64,000 nt of DNA from positions 4,360-68,359 of the forward strand of contig CALWDE010000012.1 in the NCBI GenBank assembly GCA_944376605.1, given 5' to 3'. Shown in pieces: positions 1-9,231 of this stretch (position 1 is the first letter of the stretch; each line of letters opens with the position of its first letter). The position numbers and the translations under genes are program-made. Below the pieces are notes generated by a model. It was not told the origin of the DNA. It was given only the letters and a program-made list of their open reading frames with translations, and made no database searches. This DNA comes from an uncultured Bacilli bacterium. Lineage in GTDB: Bacteria > Bacillota_I > Bacilli_A > RFN20 > CAG-826.

Positions 1-1889
1 GACATGGTGTAGTAAGGAAGTTTGTAATTTTCCGCAATCGTTCTGACAAGCTTCATACAAGATTCCCAGTCAGGAAGCTTTTGTCCAAGGAAGGCGTGGA
101 AAACAGTTCCCGAGGTATATAAGGTTTGGAAACGGTCTTCAATATCAAGCGCTTCAAAGATATCAGAAGTAAAGCCAACAGGAAGGTGAGAACTATTCGT
201 GTAATAAGGAGTTCCACCATTCTCATTTGCAGTGATGATATCAGGATATCTTTCTTTATCGTGCTTTGCTAAGCGGTAAGCGGTACTTTCTGCAGGAGTG
301 GCTTCTAAATTGAAGAGTTCTCCTTCATAAAGTTCTTGATAGCCAGATAGACGGTCTCTCATGTGGTTAAGAACGTCTACGGTGAAATCTTGCGCTTCTT
401 TATGTGTTAAATCTTGTCTTAGCCAGCGGGCATTAAGGCATGCTTCGTTCATGCCAACTAAGCCGATGGTAGAGAAGTGATTGGCAAAGGTGCCAAGATA
501 ATGTTTGGTGTAAGGATAAAGTCCTGCTTCTAAGCAAGCGGTAACAAACTCTCTCTTGGTATGAAGCGAACGTGCGGCAATATCCATTAAATGATCAAGA
601 CGGGCATAGAAGTCTTCTTTATTCGAAGCTAAATAAGCAATACGAGGCATATTTAGCGTGACAACACCAATTGAGCCTGTCGATTCACCAGAACCGAAAT
701 ATCCGCCGGACTTCTTACGAAGCTCTCTTAAATCAAGACGTAAACGGCAGCACATCGAACGAACATCAGAAGGCTTCATATCACTATTGATGTAGTTGCT
801 AAAATAGGGAGTGCCGTATTTGGCAGTCATTGTGAAAAGTAGTCTATTATTTTCGTTATCCGACCAGTCAAAATCTTTGGTAATCGAATAGGTAGGAATA
901 GGGTACTGGAATCCTCTGCCATTGGCATCACCTTCAATCATGACTTCAATAAAAGCTTTATTGATCATTGCCATCTCTTCCGTGCAATCTTTGTACTTAA
1001 ATGGCATTTCTTTTCCGCCAACAATGCAGTTTAACTCTGCCATATCATCAGGCACAGTCCAGTCTAAAGTAACATTGGTGAAGGGAGCCTGGGTACCCCA
1101 ACGAGAAGGAGTATTTACCCCGTAAATAAAGCTCTGGATGCACTGCTTTACTTGCTTGTAATTTAACCCGTCTACCTTTACGAAAGGAGCAAGGTAAGTG
1201 TCAAAACTAGAGAAAGCTTGAGCGCCTGCCCATTCGTTTTGCATAATGCCAAGGAAGTTCACCATTTGGTTGCAGAGAGTCATTAAGTGGTTAGCAGGGG
1301 AAGAAGTAATTTTTCCAGGTACTCCTCCTAAGCCTTGTTGAATCAGCTGCTTTAAACTCCACCCTGCACAGTATCCAGTAAGCATAGATAAGTCATGGAT
1401 GTGCATGGCAGCAGAGCGGTGCGCTTCCGCGATTTCTTTATCATAAACTTGTGAGAGCCAGTAGTTAGCAGTAACAGCACCAGAGTTAGAAAGAATTAAT
1501 CCACCTACCGAATAAGTTACCGTGCTATTTTCTTTGACACGCCAGTCATTAATTTTTAAGTAATTATCGACTACTTTCGCATAATTGAGTTCGGTATTCT
1601 TCATCTCACGGAGCTCTTCATGCTTTCTGCGATATCCCATATAAGAACGGGCAACATCAATATAGCCTGTTTCGATTAAAGCGATTTCCACACTATCTTG
1701 AATATCTTCCACAGCGATACAGTCATCTTGTACGCGGTGCCCAAAATGGGATGTCGCGCGTAAAGCTATTAATTCGATAATGCTCTTATCGGGTGAAATA
1801 TGTTCAGAAATTAAGGCGCGTTCAATTGCCCACTCAATTTTTTTGATGTCAAATTCAACAATAGAACCATTCCTTTTTAGTACTCTCAT
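1..1889 (-). CDS. nrdD: anaerobic ribonucleoside-triphosphate reductase (class III), N-terminal ~630 aa; C-terminus lies beyond window start
   Basis: Unbroken reverse-strand frame from ATG (rc of CAT 1887-1889; RBS AGGAGA 5-6 nt upstream) to window edge. Translation starts MRVLKRNGSIVEFDIKKIEWAIERA (ATP-cone) and continues with NrdD-like blocks. Absent from ORF track because no stop codon lies inside the window. Confidence 0.8.
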   Translation of the reverse strand, partial: MRVLKRNGSIVEFDIKKIEWAIERALISEHISPDKSIIELIALRATSHFGHRVQDDCIAVEDIQDSVEIALIETGYIDVARSYMGYRRKHEELREMKNTELNYAKVVDNYLKINDWRVKENSTVTYSVGGLILSNSGAVTANYWLSQVYDKEIAEAHRSAAMHIHDLSMLTGYCAGWSLKQLIQQGLGGVPGKITSSPANHLMTLCNQMVNFLGIMQNEWAGAQAFSSFDTYLAPFVKVDGLNYKQVKQCIQSFIYGVNTPSRWGTQAPFTNVTLDWTVPDDMAELNCIVGGKEMPFKYKDCTEEMAMINKAFIEVMIEGDANGRGFQYPIPTYSITKDFDWSDNENNRLLFTMTAKYGTPYFSNYINSDMKPSDVRSMCCRLRLDLRELRKKSGGYFGSGESTGSIGVVTLNMPRIAYLASNKEDFYARLDHLMDIAARSLHTKREFVTACLEAGLYPYTKHYLGTFANHFSTIGLVGMNEACLNARWLRQDLTHKEAQDFTVDVLNHMRDRLSGYQELYEGELFNLEATPAESTAYRLAKHDKERYPDIITANENGGTPYYTNSSHLPVGFTSDIFEALDIEDRFQTLYTSGTVFHAFLGQKLPDWESCMKLVRTIAENYKLPYYTM

Positions 1890-2432
1890 AGTTGTCTCCT
1901 TCGGTGATAAACAAGGCTTTGAAATCTTCCGGCAAAACGCCGCCTAGAACTTTTGGTCTTGTTTGTGCTCGCTTAATATCAAACAAGTTGCTCCTCTTGT
2001 CACGTAATATACATCAGTAAAAACTTTCAATACTTTTACAAAAACTTTTCAACAACGCATCAAAAGCCTTATATGCAGTTTTTTGTAACCCTTTTAAGGA
2101 TGCTTCATTCGTCAACCTACAAATTTCGAGAAATATGACGTTGTATAGATTTTACGATTTGGCAAAGTTATACACATAAATTACTGGATTACCGAATAGA
2201 GATCAATATAACCTCGTCTCATCTTATCCCAAGAGAAATACTGATTTTTCTTATTCGCTCATAAAAATTTAGATTTGTCTTCTGCAACGAATACAAAATA
2301 TCGTATTCATATTCTTTACATAATGGGGATAACTTATTTTGAAAATTATAGGATATAGGGAGAAGTTTTCTTTCGCTGCTTCTTGATGTGTATAATGCTT
2401 CTTAGAGACATTTTTACTTACAAGGAGACTTC

Positions 2433-3173
2433 ATGGAAGAAAAAGAAACAAATTTGAAAACTGAAGAGACAGAGGAGCTTTCTCCTGCAGAAGCAAAGAA
2501 AGAAAAACGTCTTCAAAAGAAGAAAGAAAGAAAAGAGAAAACCAGCAAGCTTTGGCAGGAATTTAAAGCTTTTATTAATAAAGGAAATGCTTTAAATCTT
2601 GCAATTGGTGTGGTTATTGGCGGTGTATTCAATTCTGTTGTTACCGCGTTAACTAATATTTTGCTTTCTATTTGTACGTGGGGGGTGCCAGGCGGCATCG
2701 CTGGACTTGTCACCGTTCTTCCTCCTATTAATGCTTCCCAAGATGCCGGAACGATGGGCTGGCAAAACTCTTACACTGCTTTAGAGTTCCAAGAGCAAAT
2801 TAACGCGATGGTCGCTGACGGGGAGTCCACAACTTTATTTATTAATAGTTATGTCTTACACGGCAGCTCTTATTACTATGCGGGAGCAGCGGTCATTGAC
2901 TGGGGCGCTTTCATTAATGCGATTATTACCTTCTTTATCGTCTGTCTTACCTTATTTGTGATTGTCAAAGTGTATAACTATTTGAAAAAGCAAAGTCAGC
3001 GTTTAGCAGATGAAGCGAAAGAGAGATATTACTTAGCGCATCCAGAAGAAAGACCTCTTCCTCCAGAACCTGGTAAGCCAGAACCGACAGAAAAAGAAAT
3101 TCTCCAACAAATTCTTTTAGAACTTAAAAAATCGAATGGAGAAGCACCGAAAGAAGAGGCAAAAACAGAGTAA
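2433..3173 (+). CDS. mscL: large-conductance mechanosensitive channel MscL, unusually long (246 aa) with K/E-rich termini and extended loop
   Basis: MscL TM1 signature WQEFKAFINKGNALNLAIGVVIGGVFNSVV. Second hydrophobic helix AFINAIITFFIVCLTLFVIV. Extended -10 TGTGTATAAT about 40 nt upstream. RBS AAGGAGA. Confidence 0.8.
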   Translation: MEEKETNLKTEETEELSPAEAKKEKRLQKKKERKEKTSKLWQEFKAFINKGNALNLAIGVVIGGVFNSVVTALTNILLSICTWGVPGGIAGLVTVLPPINASQDAGTMGWQNSYTALEFQEQINAMVADGESTTLFINSYVLHGSSYYYAGAAVIDWGAFINAIITFFIVCLTLFVIVKVYNYLKKQSQRLADEAKERYYLAHPEERPLPPEPGKPEPTEKEILQQILLELKKSNGEAPKEEAKTE

Positions 3174-3176
3174 ATC

Positions 3177-4262
3177 ATGAACCGACATTTTGTATTTGAC
3201 GGAATTGAGAACTTCCGCGATTTAGGTGGATATACATGCCGATATGGAACAACCCATTTTGGCGTGCTATATCGTTCTGGTTCTTTAACAGATGCTTCGC
3301 AAGAAGATTTAGCAAAAATCGCTTCCATGGGCATTAAATCGGTGATTGATATCCGTAGTGACAAAGACAAAGAAAAATATCCTGATGCAACAAAAGCGAT
3401 TGAGGGGATAACTCACTATGAACTCTCTGTAAACGGAAACGGGAGAGTGCCCGTTTCTCGCGAAGACATGATTGATAGCTACCTTGAGATGCTTGAAGAG
3501 CCTCATCAAGCTAGAAAAATATTCATGGCAATCGCCCACGTTACAAAGCCTGCGATTATTCATTGCGTTGCAGGAAAAGACCGTACGGGAGTGTTTGTAT
3601 TTCTTACCTTACTTCTAAACGGAGTGCCTTTTGAAGAAGCGAACGCGGACTACTTAATGAGTCCTGCCTATTTATCAAGACTAAGAGAGCATACGAAGGC
3701 GACAAATCCTGATTTTCCTTCTGCCGTCATGGATCCAGACGCGAATTTATGGCCAGAAGTGTGGAACCGTTTCTTAGAAAAGTATCACTCTCTTGATGAG
3801 TATCTTGATTTTTTAGCCTTCAATGAGTCAGATGCTTGGCTTTTAAAAAACTGCTTAGGGAAGCAGGAACGTTCCTTTGGAGCAGTAGTTTTTAATGACA
3901 ATGGTGAAGTTTTAGTAGAGAGAATGCAGAAAGGCCATTTCTCACTTCCTAAAGGTCATGTCGAACGTTTTGATAAAGGTCCTAAAGACACAGCAAGACG
4001 CGAAATCCTTGAAGAAACGGGTTTAAATATCGAATTTTTAAGCGATAAGACAACTTCTATTGAGTATTCTCCTGCTCCAGGAATTGCCAAAAAAGTTTCC
4101 TTTTTTGTGGCGAAACCTGCAGGAGGCGCTCTCCATCCTCAAAAAGAAGAAGTAAGTGAAATTTATTGGTTAAAGCCAGAAGACGCTCATCTTTGTTTAA
4201 CGCATGAGACAGACCGCTACGTGTTAAAGTGGGCTTACGCTACTTACACTGCTCTTTCTTAA
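3177..4262 (+). CDS. fusion protein: tyrosine/dual-specificity phosphatase-like domain (CX5R loop HCVAGKDRTG) + C-terminal NUDIX hydrolase domain (REILEETGL)
   Basis: N-terminal half has the P-loop HCVAGKDRTGV typical of the Y_phosphatase3-type family. C-terminal 130 aa carry a Nudix box GHVERFDKGPKDTARREILEETGL. Confidence 0.7.
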   Translation: MNRHFVFDGIENFRDLGGYTCRYGTTHFGVLYRSGSLTDASQEDLAKIASMGIKSVIDIRSDKDKEKYPDATKAIEGITHYELSVNGNGRVPVSREDMIDSYLEMLEEPHQARKIFMAIAHVTKPAIIHCVAGKDRTGVFVFLTLLLNGVPFEEANADYLMSPAYLSRLREHTKATNPDFPSAVMDPDANLWPEVWNRFLEKYHSLDEYLDFLAFNESDAWLLKNCLGKQERSFGAVVFNDNGEVLVERMQKGHFSLPKGHVERFDKGPKDTARREILEETGLNIEFLSDKTTSIEYSPAPGIAKKVSFFVAKPAGGALHPQKEEVSEIYWLKPEDAHLCLTHETDRYVLKWAYATYTALS

Positions 4263-5133
4263 GTGTTTCTAATATCGTATCAGCGTATATAGAGGCCACA
4301 TTAATTCCTGTGGCCTTTTCTATTCCTTGCATGAAGGCATTGGAATTCACTTCACATAAAATAGGTTTATCGTCTTTGCCTTTTAATAAATCAACTCCGC
4401 AATAATCTAGATGAAGAATTGCCGCAGCTTTTTCCGCAACTTCTTTATAAGAAGGAGGAGGGGTAAAGGCACTGCCGATTCCGCCTTGCGCTAAATTACT
4501 ACGAAAATCGTGAGTGTTCTTTCTTTGCATCGCTGCGACGCATTTTCCACCAATCACAAGCAACCGGTAATCCACCCCAACTTCTTCATGAATCCATTCT
4601 TGATATAACCGAAGCATATAGCGATTCTCTTCCTCAAAGCGATATAACTCTTCTTTATTAGCAATGAGGTGAACAGAATTACCCATTGATCCATAGGTTA
4701 GCTTTGCAACAAGCGGAAAGGATAAAAGAGAGGCCACACGCTCCACAAAGATGGAAGTAATCGATTGCGAATAAGTAAGAGGGCCAGGAATTGTTTTTGG
4801 TATTTGAATTCCCTTTCCTTCTAAAGCCATATAGGTTTTCATCTTGTCATCGCATAATTCAATAGACGTAGCAGAATTAAATAAACGAAAGCCACTTTTT
4901 TCTAATCCATGTGAAATATAAGCGTCCTTATCTAGATAGAGTACAAATTGCGTACTAGGGTCTAAATTGCAGATTCTATCGCTACTTTCTGAAAGATAAG
5001 TTAGAACTTCTGAATTTTGAATCGATGTTAAAAGATAATCTCTTTTTGCAAGCTCTTCCTTCATTCTGAGATAAAAATGTTCAAGACCAGGAAGGATTTT
5101 GTAGGCATTTAAAATACAAACGGCTTTCTTCAT
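4240..5133 (-). CDS. RimK-family ATP-grasp ligase (alpha-L-glutamate ligase-like)
   Basis: 297 aa. ATP-grasp motifs including DFRSNLAQGG and CEVNSN. Convergent 23-nt overlap with the upstream gene end. Confidence 0.6.
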   Translation of the reverse strand: MKKAVCILNAYKILPGLEHFYLRMKEELAKRDYLLTSIQNSEVLTYLSESSDRICNLDPSTQFVLYLDKDAYISHGLEKSGFRLFNSATSIELCDDKMKTYMALEGKGIQIPKTIPGPLTYSQSITSIFVERVASLLSFPLVAKLTYGSMGNSVHLIANKEELYRFEEENRYMLRLYQEWIHEEVGVDYRLLVIGGKCVAAMQRKNTHDFRSNLAQGGIGSAFTPPPSYKEVAEKAAAILHLDYCGVDLLKGKDDKPILCEVNSNAFMQGIEKATGINVASIYADTILETLKKEQCK

Positions 5134-5220
5134 ATGCCGTATTATAAAAAGTTTCTTTTACCTGTAGAAAAAATCTTGTTTCTTCCTAAGGAAACAAGAG
5201 AATAAGGAAGAAGGAATATT

Positions 5221-6921
5221 ATGGAACATATTAGAATCGCTTTACTTACTCCTATCTTGCATCTTGGTGATCCTCTTCTTACGAAAAAAGAGCATTTATC
5301 TTTAAAAAAGATGGCCATTGATGATGGTGCAAAACTTCTTATCTATCCCTTGAACTCTCTTTTAGGATCAATCGATAGTTTGCTTTTACAAGGCGATTTA
5401 AAAGCGGCAAAAGAAGATGCCTTAAAAGAAATTGTAGAGGGAGATGTCTACTCATTAATTGCGGAAGAATATAGAGACTCGATAGAAGTGATTCTTTATA
5501 AAAACGGGGTTCCTTTAACTAAAAACCGCGCGAAGAAGATTGGCGCGCATGAAGGCATTGTCTCGCTAGATTTTTCTCTTGAAGGTGAGGTTACTATGCC
5601 CTATCGCTTTAAAGGGAAAGTACAGGATCAGCATTCTTTTTTATGTATCCATTTTGTTGGTTCATCCACCTATGTAGCGCAAGAAGAAATGATAAAAAGA
5701 GCGCACGGAAATAAAGACTACTGTTTACTATTCTCTTCGCGCGGAGAAAGCACGACAGACGGAGTATCGCTTGGCATTTCTTTTGCGCATATTAAAGGTA
5801 ATGATTACCGGGCAACAAAAGGGTTATGTCTTTTTAATTATCCTTTAGGAAAAAAGCGATATTTTTATGAAAAACCGCGTAATTCTCATGTAATTTATCC
5901 GAATTTTGCTTTTGATGAAGAAATTCCAATGTTGCCTTTTATTGCTCATCAAGGGGGCTATGAACATGTTCATTTAGAAGATGTGAAAGAAGCAATTGCC
6001 ATTCAGACGAATGCTTTAATTGCCCGCATGGAACGTATTCATACGAGGAAGGCTGTTCTTGGCTTATCCGGAGGGCTTGATTCCTCTTTAGCCTTAATTG
6101 TCACTTATGAAGCTTTTAAGAAAATGAACTGGGATTTATCTGATCTTTCTGTTTATACGCTTCCTGCTTTTGGGACAAGTGAAAGAACAAAAGAAAACGT
6201 CTCTTTACTCGTAAATGCTTTAGGTGTTTCCCTAAAAGAGATTTCTTTAAAAGATACTCTTTTATCCCATTTTCATGATATTGAGCATAATCCAAATGAC
6301 TTTGATACTTGTTATGAAAACGCGCAAGCGAGAGAACGTACCCAAGTTTTGATGGATATTGCGAATGAAAAGAATGCCATTATGGTTGGGACAGGTGATA
6401 TGTCTGAATTAGCGTTAGGATGGACAACTTTTAATGGTGATCATATGTCGATGTACGCGGTTAATGGCGGCGTGCCAAAAACGCTTGTCCGATATTTATC
6501 TATTGGATACGGGAAATTACATCCTGAAGTAGGAAAAGCAATTGATGCTATTTTGCATACACCAGTATCCCCTGAACTTTTACCTTTAAATGAAAAGGGG
6601 GAAATTGAGCAAAAGACAGAAGAAAATCTAGGCCCATATGAGGTTCATGATTTTTATCTCTACGGCTTTTTAGAGGGGGCAACTTTAAAAACGATTTATC
6701 AAAAAGCTTGTCACACTTTCTCTTCTTTATATAGCAAAGAAGAGCTAAAAAAGTGGTTAAAAATATTTGTGTCGCGCTTTTTAACGCAGTCATTTAAACG
6801 GAACTGTATGCCAGATGGCCCACAAGTTACCATTTACAGTTTATCGGTGCGTTCTCCTGGTTATCACTTCCCAAGTGATATTTCTCCTCAATATCTCCTC
6901 TCACTTGTTGATGAGTTATAG
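5221..6921 (+). CDS. nadE: NAD+ synthetase, long two-domain form (C-terminal PP-loop synthetase domain; divergent N-terminal domain)
   Basis: PP-loop SGGLDSS in LGLSGGLDSSLALIVT. 566 aa length fits the glutamine-dependent NadE architecture. Confidence 0.75.
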   Translation: MEHIRIALLTPILHLGDPLLTKKEHLSLKKMAIDDGAKLLIYPLNSLLGSIDSLLLQGDLKAAKEDALKEIVEGDVYSLIAEEYRDSIEVILYKNGVPLTKNRAKKIGAHEGIVSLDFSLEGEVTMPYRFKGKVQDQHSFLCIHFVGSSTYVAQEEMIKRAHGNKDYCLLFSSRGESTTDGVSLGISFAHIKGNDYRATKGLCLFNYPLGKKRYFYEKPRNSHVIYPNFAFDEEIPMLPFIAHQGGYEHVHLEDVKEAIAIQTNALIARMERIHTRKAVLGLSGGLDSSLALIVTYEAFKKMNWDLSDLSVYTLPAFGTSERTKENVSLLVNALGVSLKEISLKDTLLSHFHDIEHNPNDFDTCYENAQARERTQVLMDIANEKNAIMVGTGDMSELALGWTTFNGDHMSMYAVNGGVPKTLVRYLSIGYGKLHPEVGKAIDAILHTPVSPELLPLNEKGEIEQKTEENLGPYEVHDFYLYGFLEGATLKTIYQKACHTFSSLYSKEELKKWLKIFVSRFLTQSFKRNCMPDGPQVTIYSLSVRSPGYHFPSDISPQYLLSLVDEL

Positions 6922-6953
6922 CCTATTCAAAGAAAGGGATGATAAAATAAGGT

Positions 6954-7898
6954 ATGAGCAAAAAGGAAAAGTCGACAGTTGTTTCGGACGAAGAAACCAT
7001 TTCAATGACCTCGGAAGAGCAAAGCGCTACAACCTCTTATGAAGCAAGAAGTGTAGAGCAAGCTAGGGAAGAGAAAAAAGAGAAGAGAAGAAAATCCCTT
7101 CCTCGTGAACTCATTCGCTTTGTCTTTGTGGGCATTTTATGTACCCTCATTGATTTTGGCGTTCAAATGCTTCTTTTATGGGCGTTTGAATCGAATATCT
7201 CATTAATTGAAGGCTGGGGAAGTTATTTATCCTTCGCAATCGCTGTTACTATTGCCTTCTTAGTATCTAACCTTGTCAATTTCTTCTGTTCCCGTTTCAT
7301 TGTCTTTAAAAATGTTGATGAAAAAGCGGATACGAAATCTGGAAAAGCATTCCTTATTTATCTTCTTCTTGGGGCAGGAGGCTGGATTATTGGAATTGGC
7401 TTACAAGAGTTAGGTGTTTGGATGTGCCAAGATATTTGGAAGATTCCAAACTTATCTCTCGATATTATTCATGCCTTTGACAATATTCTTGTTGATGGAA
7501 TTGGTGTTGCCTTCTGGGCGTTTGTTGCAATCTTCTGCATTAAGACGATTGTCACAATGATTTATAACTACATTACTAGAAAACTCATTATTTTCCGCGC
7601 TCCGAAGAAAGAGGAAGAATATCGCACTGTGGATATCTCGGACTTAGAAGAGAAGCCAGAAGAGAAAGTAGAAGAGGTTCATGAAGAGGTTACTCCAGTT
7701 GAGACACCAGAAAAGGTGAGAGAACCTTTAGTGACACGCGCAAGTTTCCAAACCATATTCAAAGAAGAACTCGACCGCTTATTTGGTCCTGGTAAGAAGA
7801 GAGTGGATGTTGGAGGCGGTTGGAAAATTGTTTACGAAGAACTCGATCGGTTTGATAAAGAACATCCTGACTTTGTGAAAAAAGGAAAAGACGAATAG
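6954..7898 (+). CDS. GtrA-family membrane protein with ~110-aa K/E-rich C-terminal tail
   Basis: GtrA-like N-terminus RELIRFVFVGILCTLIDFGVQMLLLWAF and later SNLVNFFCSRFIVFK. Four predicted TM helices. Charged tail EEKPEEKVEEVHEEV. Confidence 0.5.
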   Translation: MSKKEKSTVVSDEETISMTSEEQSATTSYEARSVEQAREEKKEKRRKSLPRELIRFVFVGILCTLIDFGVQMLLLWAFESNISLIEGWGSYLSFAIAVTIAFLVSNLVNFFCSRFIVFKNVDEKADTKSGKAFLIYLLLGAGGWIIGIGLQELGVWMCQDIWKIPNLSLDIIHAFDNILVDGIGVAFWAFVAIFCIKTIVTMIYNYITRKLIIFRAPKKEEEYRTVDISDLEEKPEEKVEEVHEEVTPVETPEKVREPLVTRASFQTIFKEELDRLFGPGKKRVDVGGGWKIVYEELDRFDKEHPDFVKKGKDE

Positions 7899-7910
7899 CA
7901 AACAAAGAAG

Positions 7911-7937
7911 AGGGCTCACGCTTGAGCCCTTTTCTCT
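7911..7937 (+). terminator. rho-independent terminator after the GtrA-like gene
   Basis: AGGGCTCA-cgct-TGAGCCCT stem followed by TTTTCT. Confidence 0.6.
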
Positions 7938-7949
7938 TATAATTTTCAT

Positions 7950-9098
7950 ATGAAAATTGCAATTATTGGTGCAGGTGCGGCAGGTTTATTCCTTGCTAGA
8001 GCTTTAGAAGGGAAAGGGCATTCCCTCACTTTATTTGATCATAAAGAGCAAGCAGGGAAAAAGTTAATGGCAACAGGGAATGGCCGCTGCAATTTACTAA
8101 ATACGAATTTATCTTCTTCTTTTTACTCGAATAAGGAGTTTGCAGAAACTTTATTCCGTGAATATACCTATCAAGAGTTAAAAAGAGTTGTCGAAGAGGA
8201 ATGGCTATGTCCTTTAATGGAAATAGGGGATTATGTTTATCCTGCTTCTTTATCTGGCATTGCCTTTGGACATTATCTAAAAGCTTCTATCCATGCGAAT
8301 TTTGTTTTTTCTTCTAAAATCGGGGATTACGCGATAAAAGAAGACGGAGTGCATTTATTTCATGACGCTAAGGAAGAAGTCTTTGATGAACTTGTTTTTG
8401 CAACAGGCGGAATGAGCACTCCTAAATTTGGAAGTGATGGATCTATTTTTCCCTTATTACAAAAGCATGGTTATGCGATAAAACCATTAGAAGCTGGTCT
8501 TACTCCCATCAAAGTAAAAGAGACAAGTGGTCTAAAAGGTATTTCTGGCGTTCGTCTAAAAGCGTTATGTGAAGTTTATGTCTCCAATCAAAAAATTTAT
8601 GAAGAAAACGGAGAAGTTTTATTCCGAAAAGACGGCTTATCCGGCATTGTCATATTTAACGCAGAAAGCATTCTTGTTCATTTAGGCGCCAAAGAAGCAA
8701 AGATTGTTTTGCGTCCAATTCCGTCTTTCCAAAAAGATAGAGCAACCGCTCTAATGAAATGGAAAGAGATTGCTCCTACTGCTTATTTAGAGTCTTTATT
8801 TGTTCCTTCCTTTGCGAATTATCTTTTAGAAAGAAGCAGGGAAGAGAAAGTGCCTTTATCTTCTCTTCTTAACGAAATCTCCTTCACCTATATTGGTCAT
8901 TCTTCTTTTGAAGATAGTACGATTTCTATCGGAGGAGTTTCTTTAGATGAAATAGAGGATGATTTTTCTTCGAAAAGAGAAAAATCCGTGCATTTCCTCG
9001 GCGAAATATTAGATTTTGATGGATTATGTGGTGGTTATAATCTTTCTTTTTGTCTTGCAAGTGCTTTAAAAAAGGCCAAGAGTTGGGCAAAAGATTAA
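7950..9098 (+). CDS. HI0933-family FAD-dependent flavoprotein (BaiN/aminoacetone oxidase-like)
   Basis: Rossmann motif MKIAIIGAGAAGLFLA and GNGRCNLLN typical of the HI0933 family. Confidence 0.7.
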   Translation: MKIAIIGAGAAGLFLARALEGKGHSLTLFDHKEQAGKKLMATGNGRCNLLNTNLSSSFYSNKEFAETLFREYTYQELKRVVEEEWLCPLMEIGDYVYPASLSGIAFGHYLKASIHANFVFSSKIGDYAIKEDGVHLFHDAKEEVFDELVFATGGMSTPKFGSDGSIFPLLQKHGYAIKPLEAGLTPIKVKETSGLKGISGVRLKALCEVYVSNQKIYEENGEVLFRKDGLSGIVIFNAESILVHLGAKEAKIVLRPIPSFQKDRATALMKWKEIAPTAYLESLFVPSFANYLLERSREEKVPLSSLLNEISFTYIGHSSFEDSTISIGGVSLDEIEDDFSSKREKSVHFLGEILDFDGLCGGYNLSFCLASALKKAKSWAKD

Positions 9099-9231
9099 CA
9101 AAAAGCTGCTCTCAAAGAGAGCAAGATAAGAAAATGAAAGTTGACTATCCTCCCATGATGCCATTAAATACTTGCGCGCTTCCACTCATTTGGAGGGATG
9201 AAAGCAAAATACTTATTATTCGAGGTTTGCC

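Noticed and set aside
922-1125. 67-aa plus-strand ORF
   Set aside because: Lies antisense inside the nrdD coding region. No RBS. Low-complexity translation.
1891-2060. Looked for paired NrdR boxes upstream of nrdD, and for an IR CTTGTTTG-n17-CAAACAAG
   Set aside because: The candidate (GTCACGTAATATACATCAGT) is not a convincing 16-bp NrdR palindrome, and no second box at about 31-nt spacing was found.
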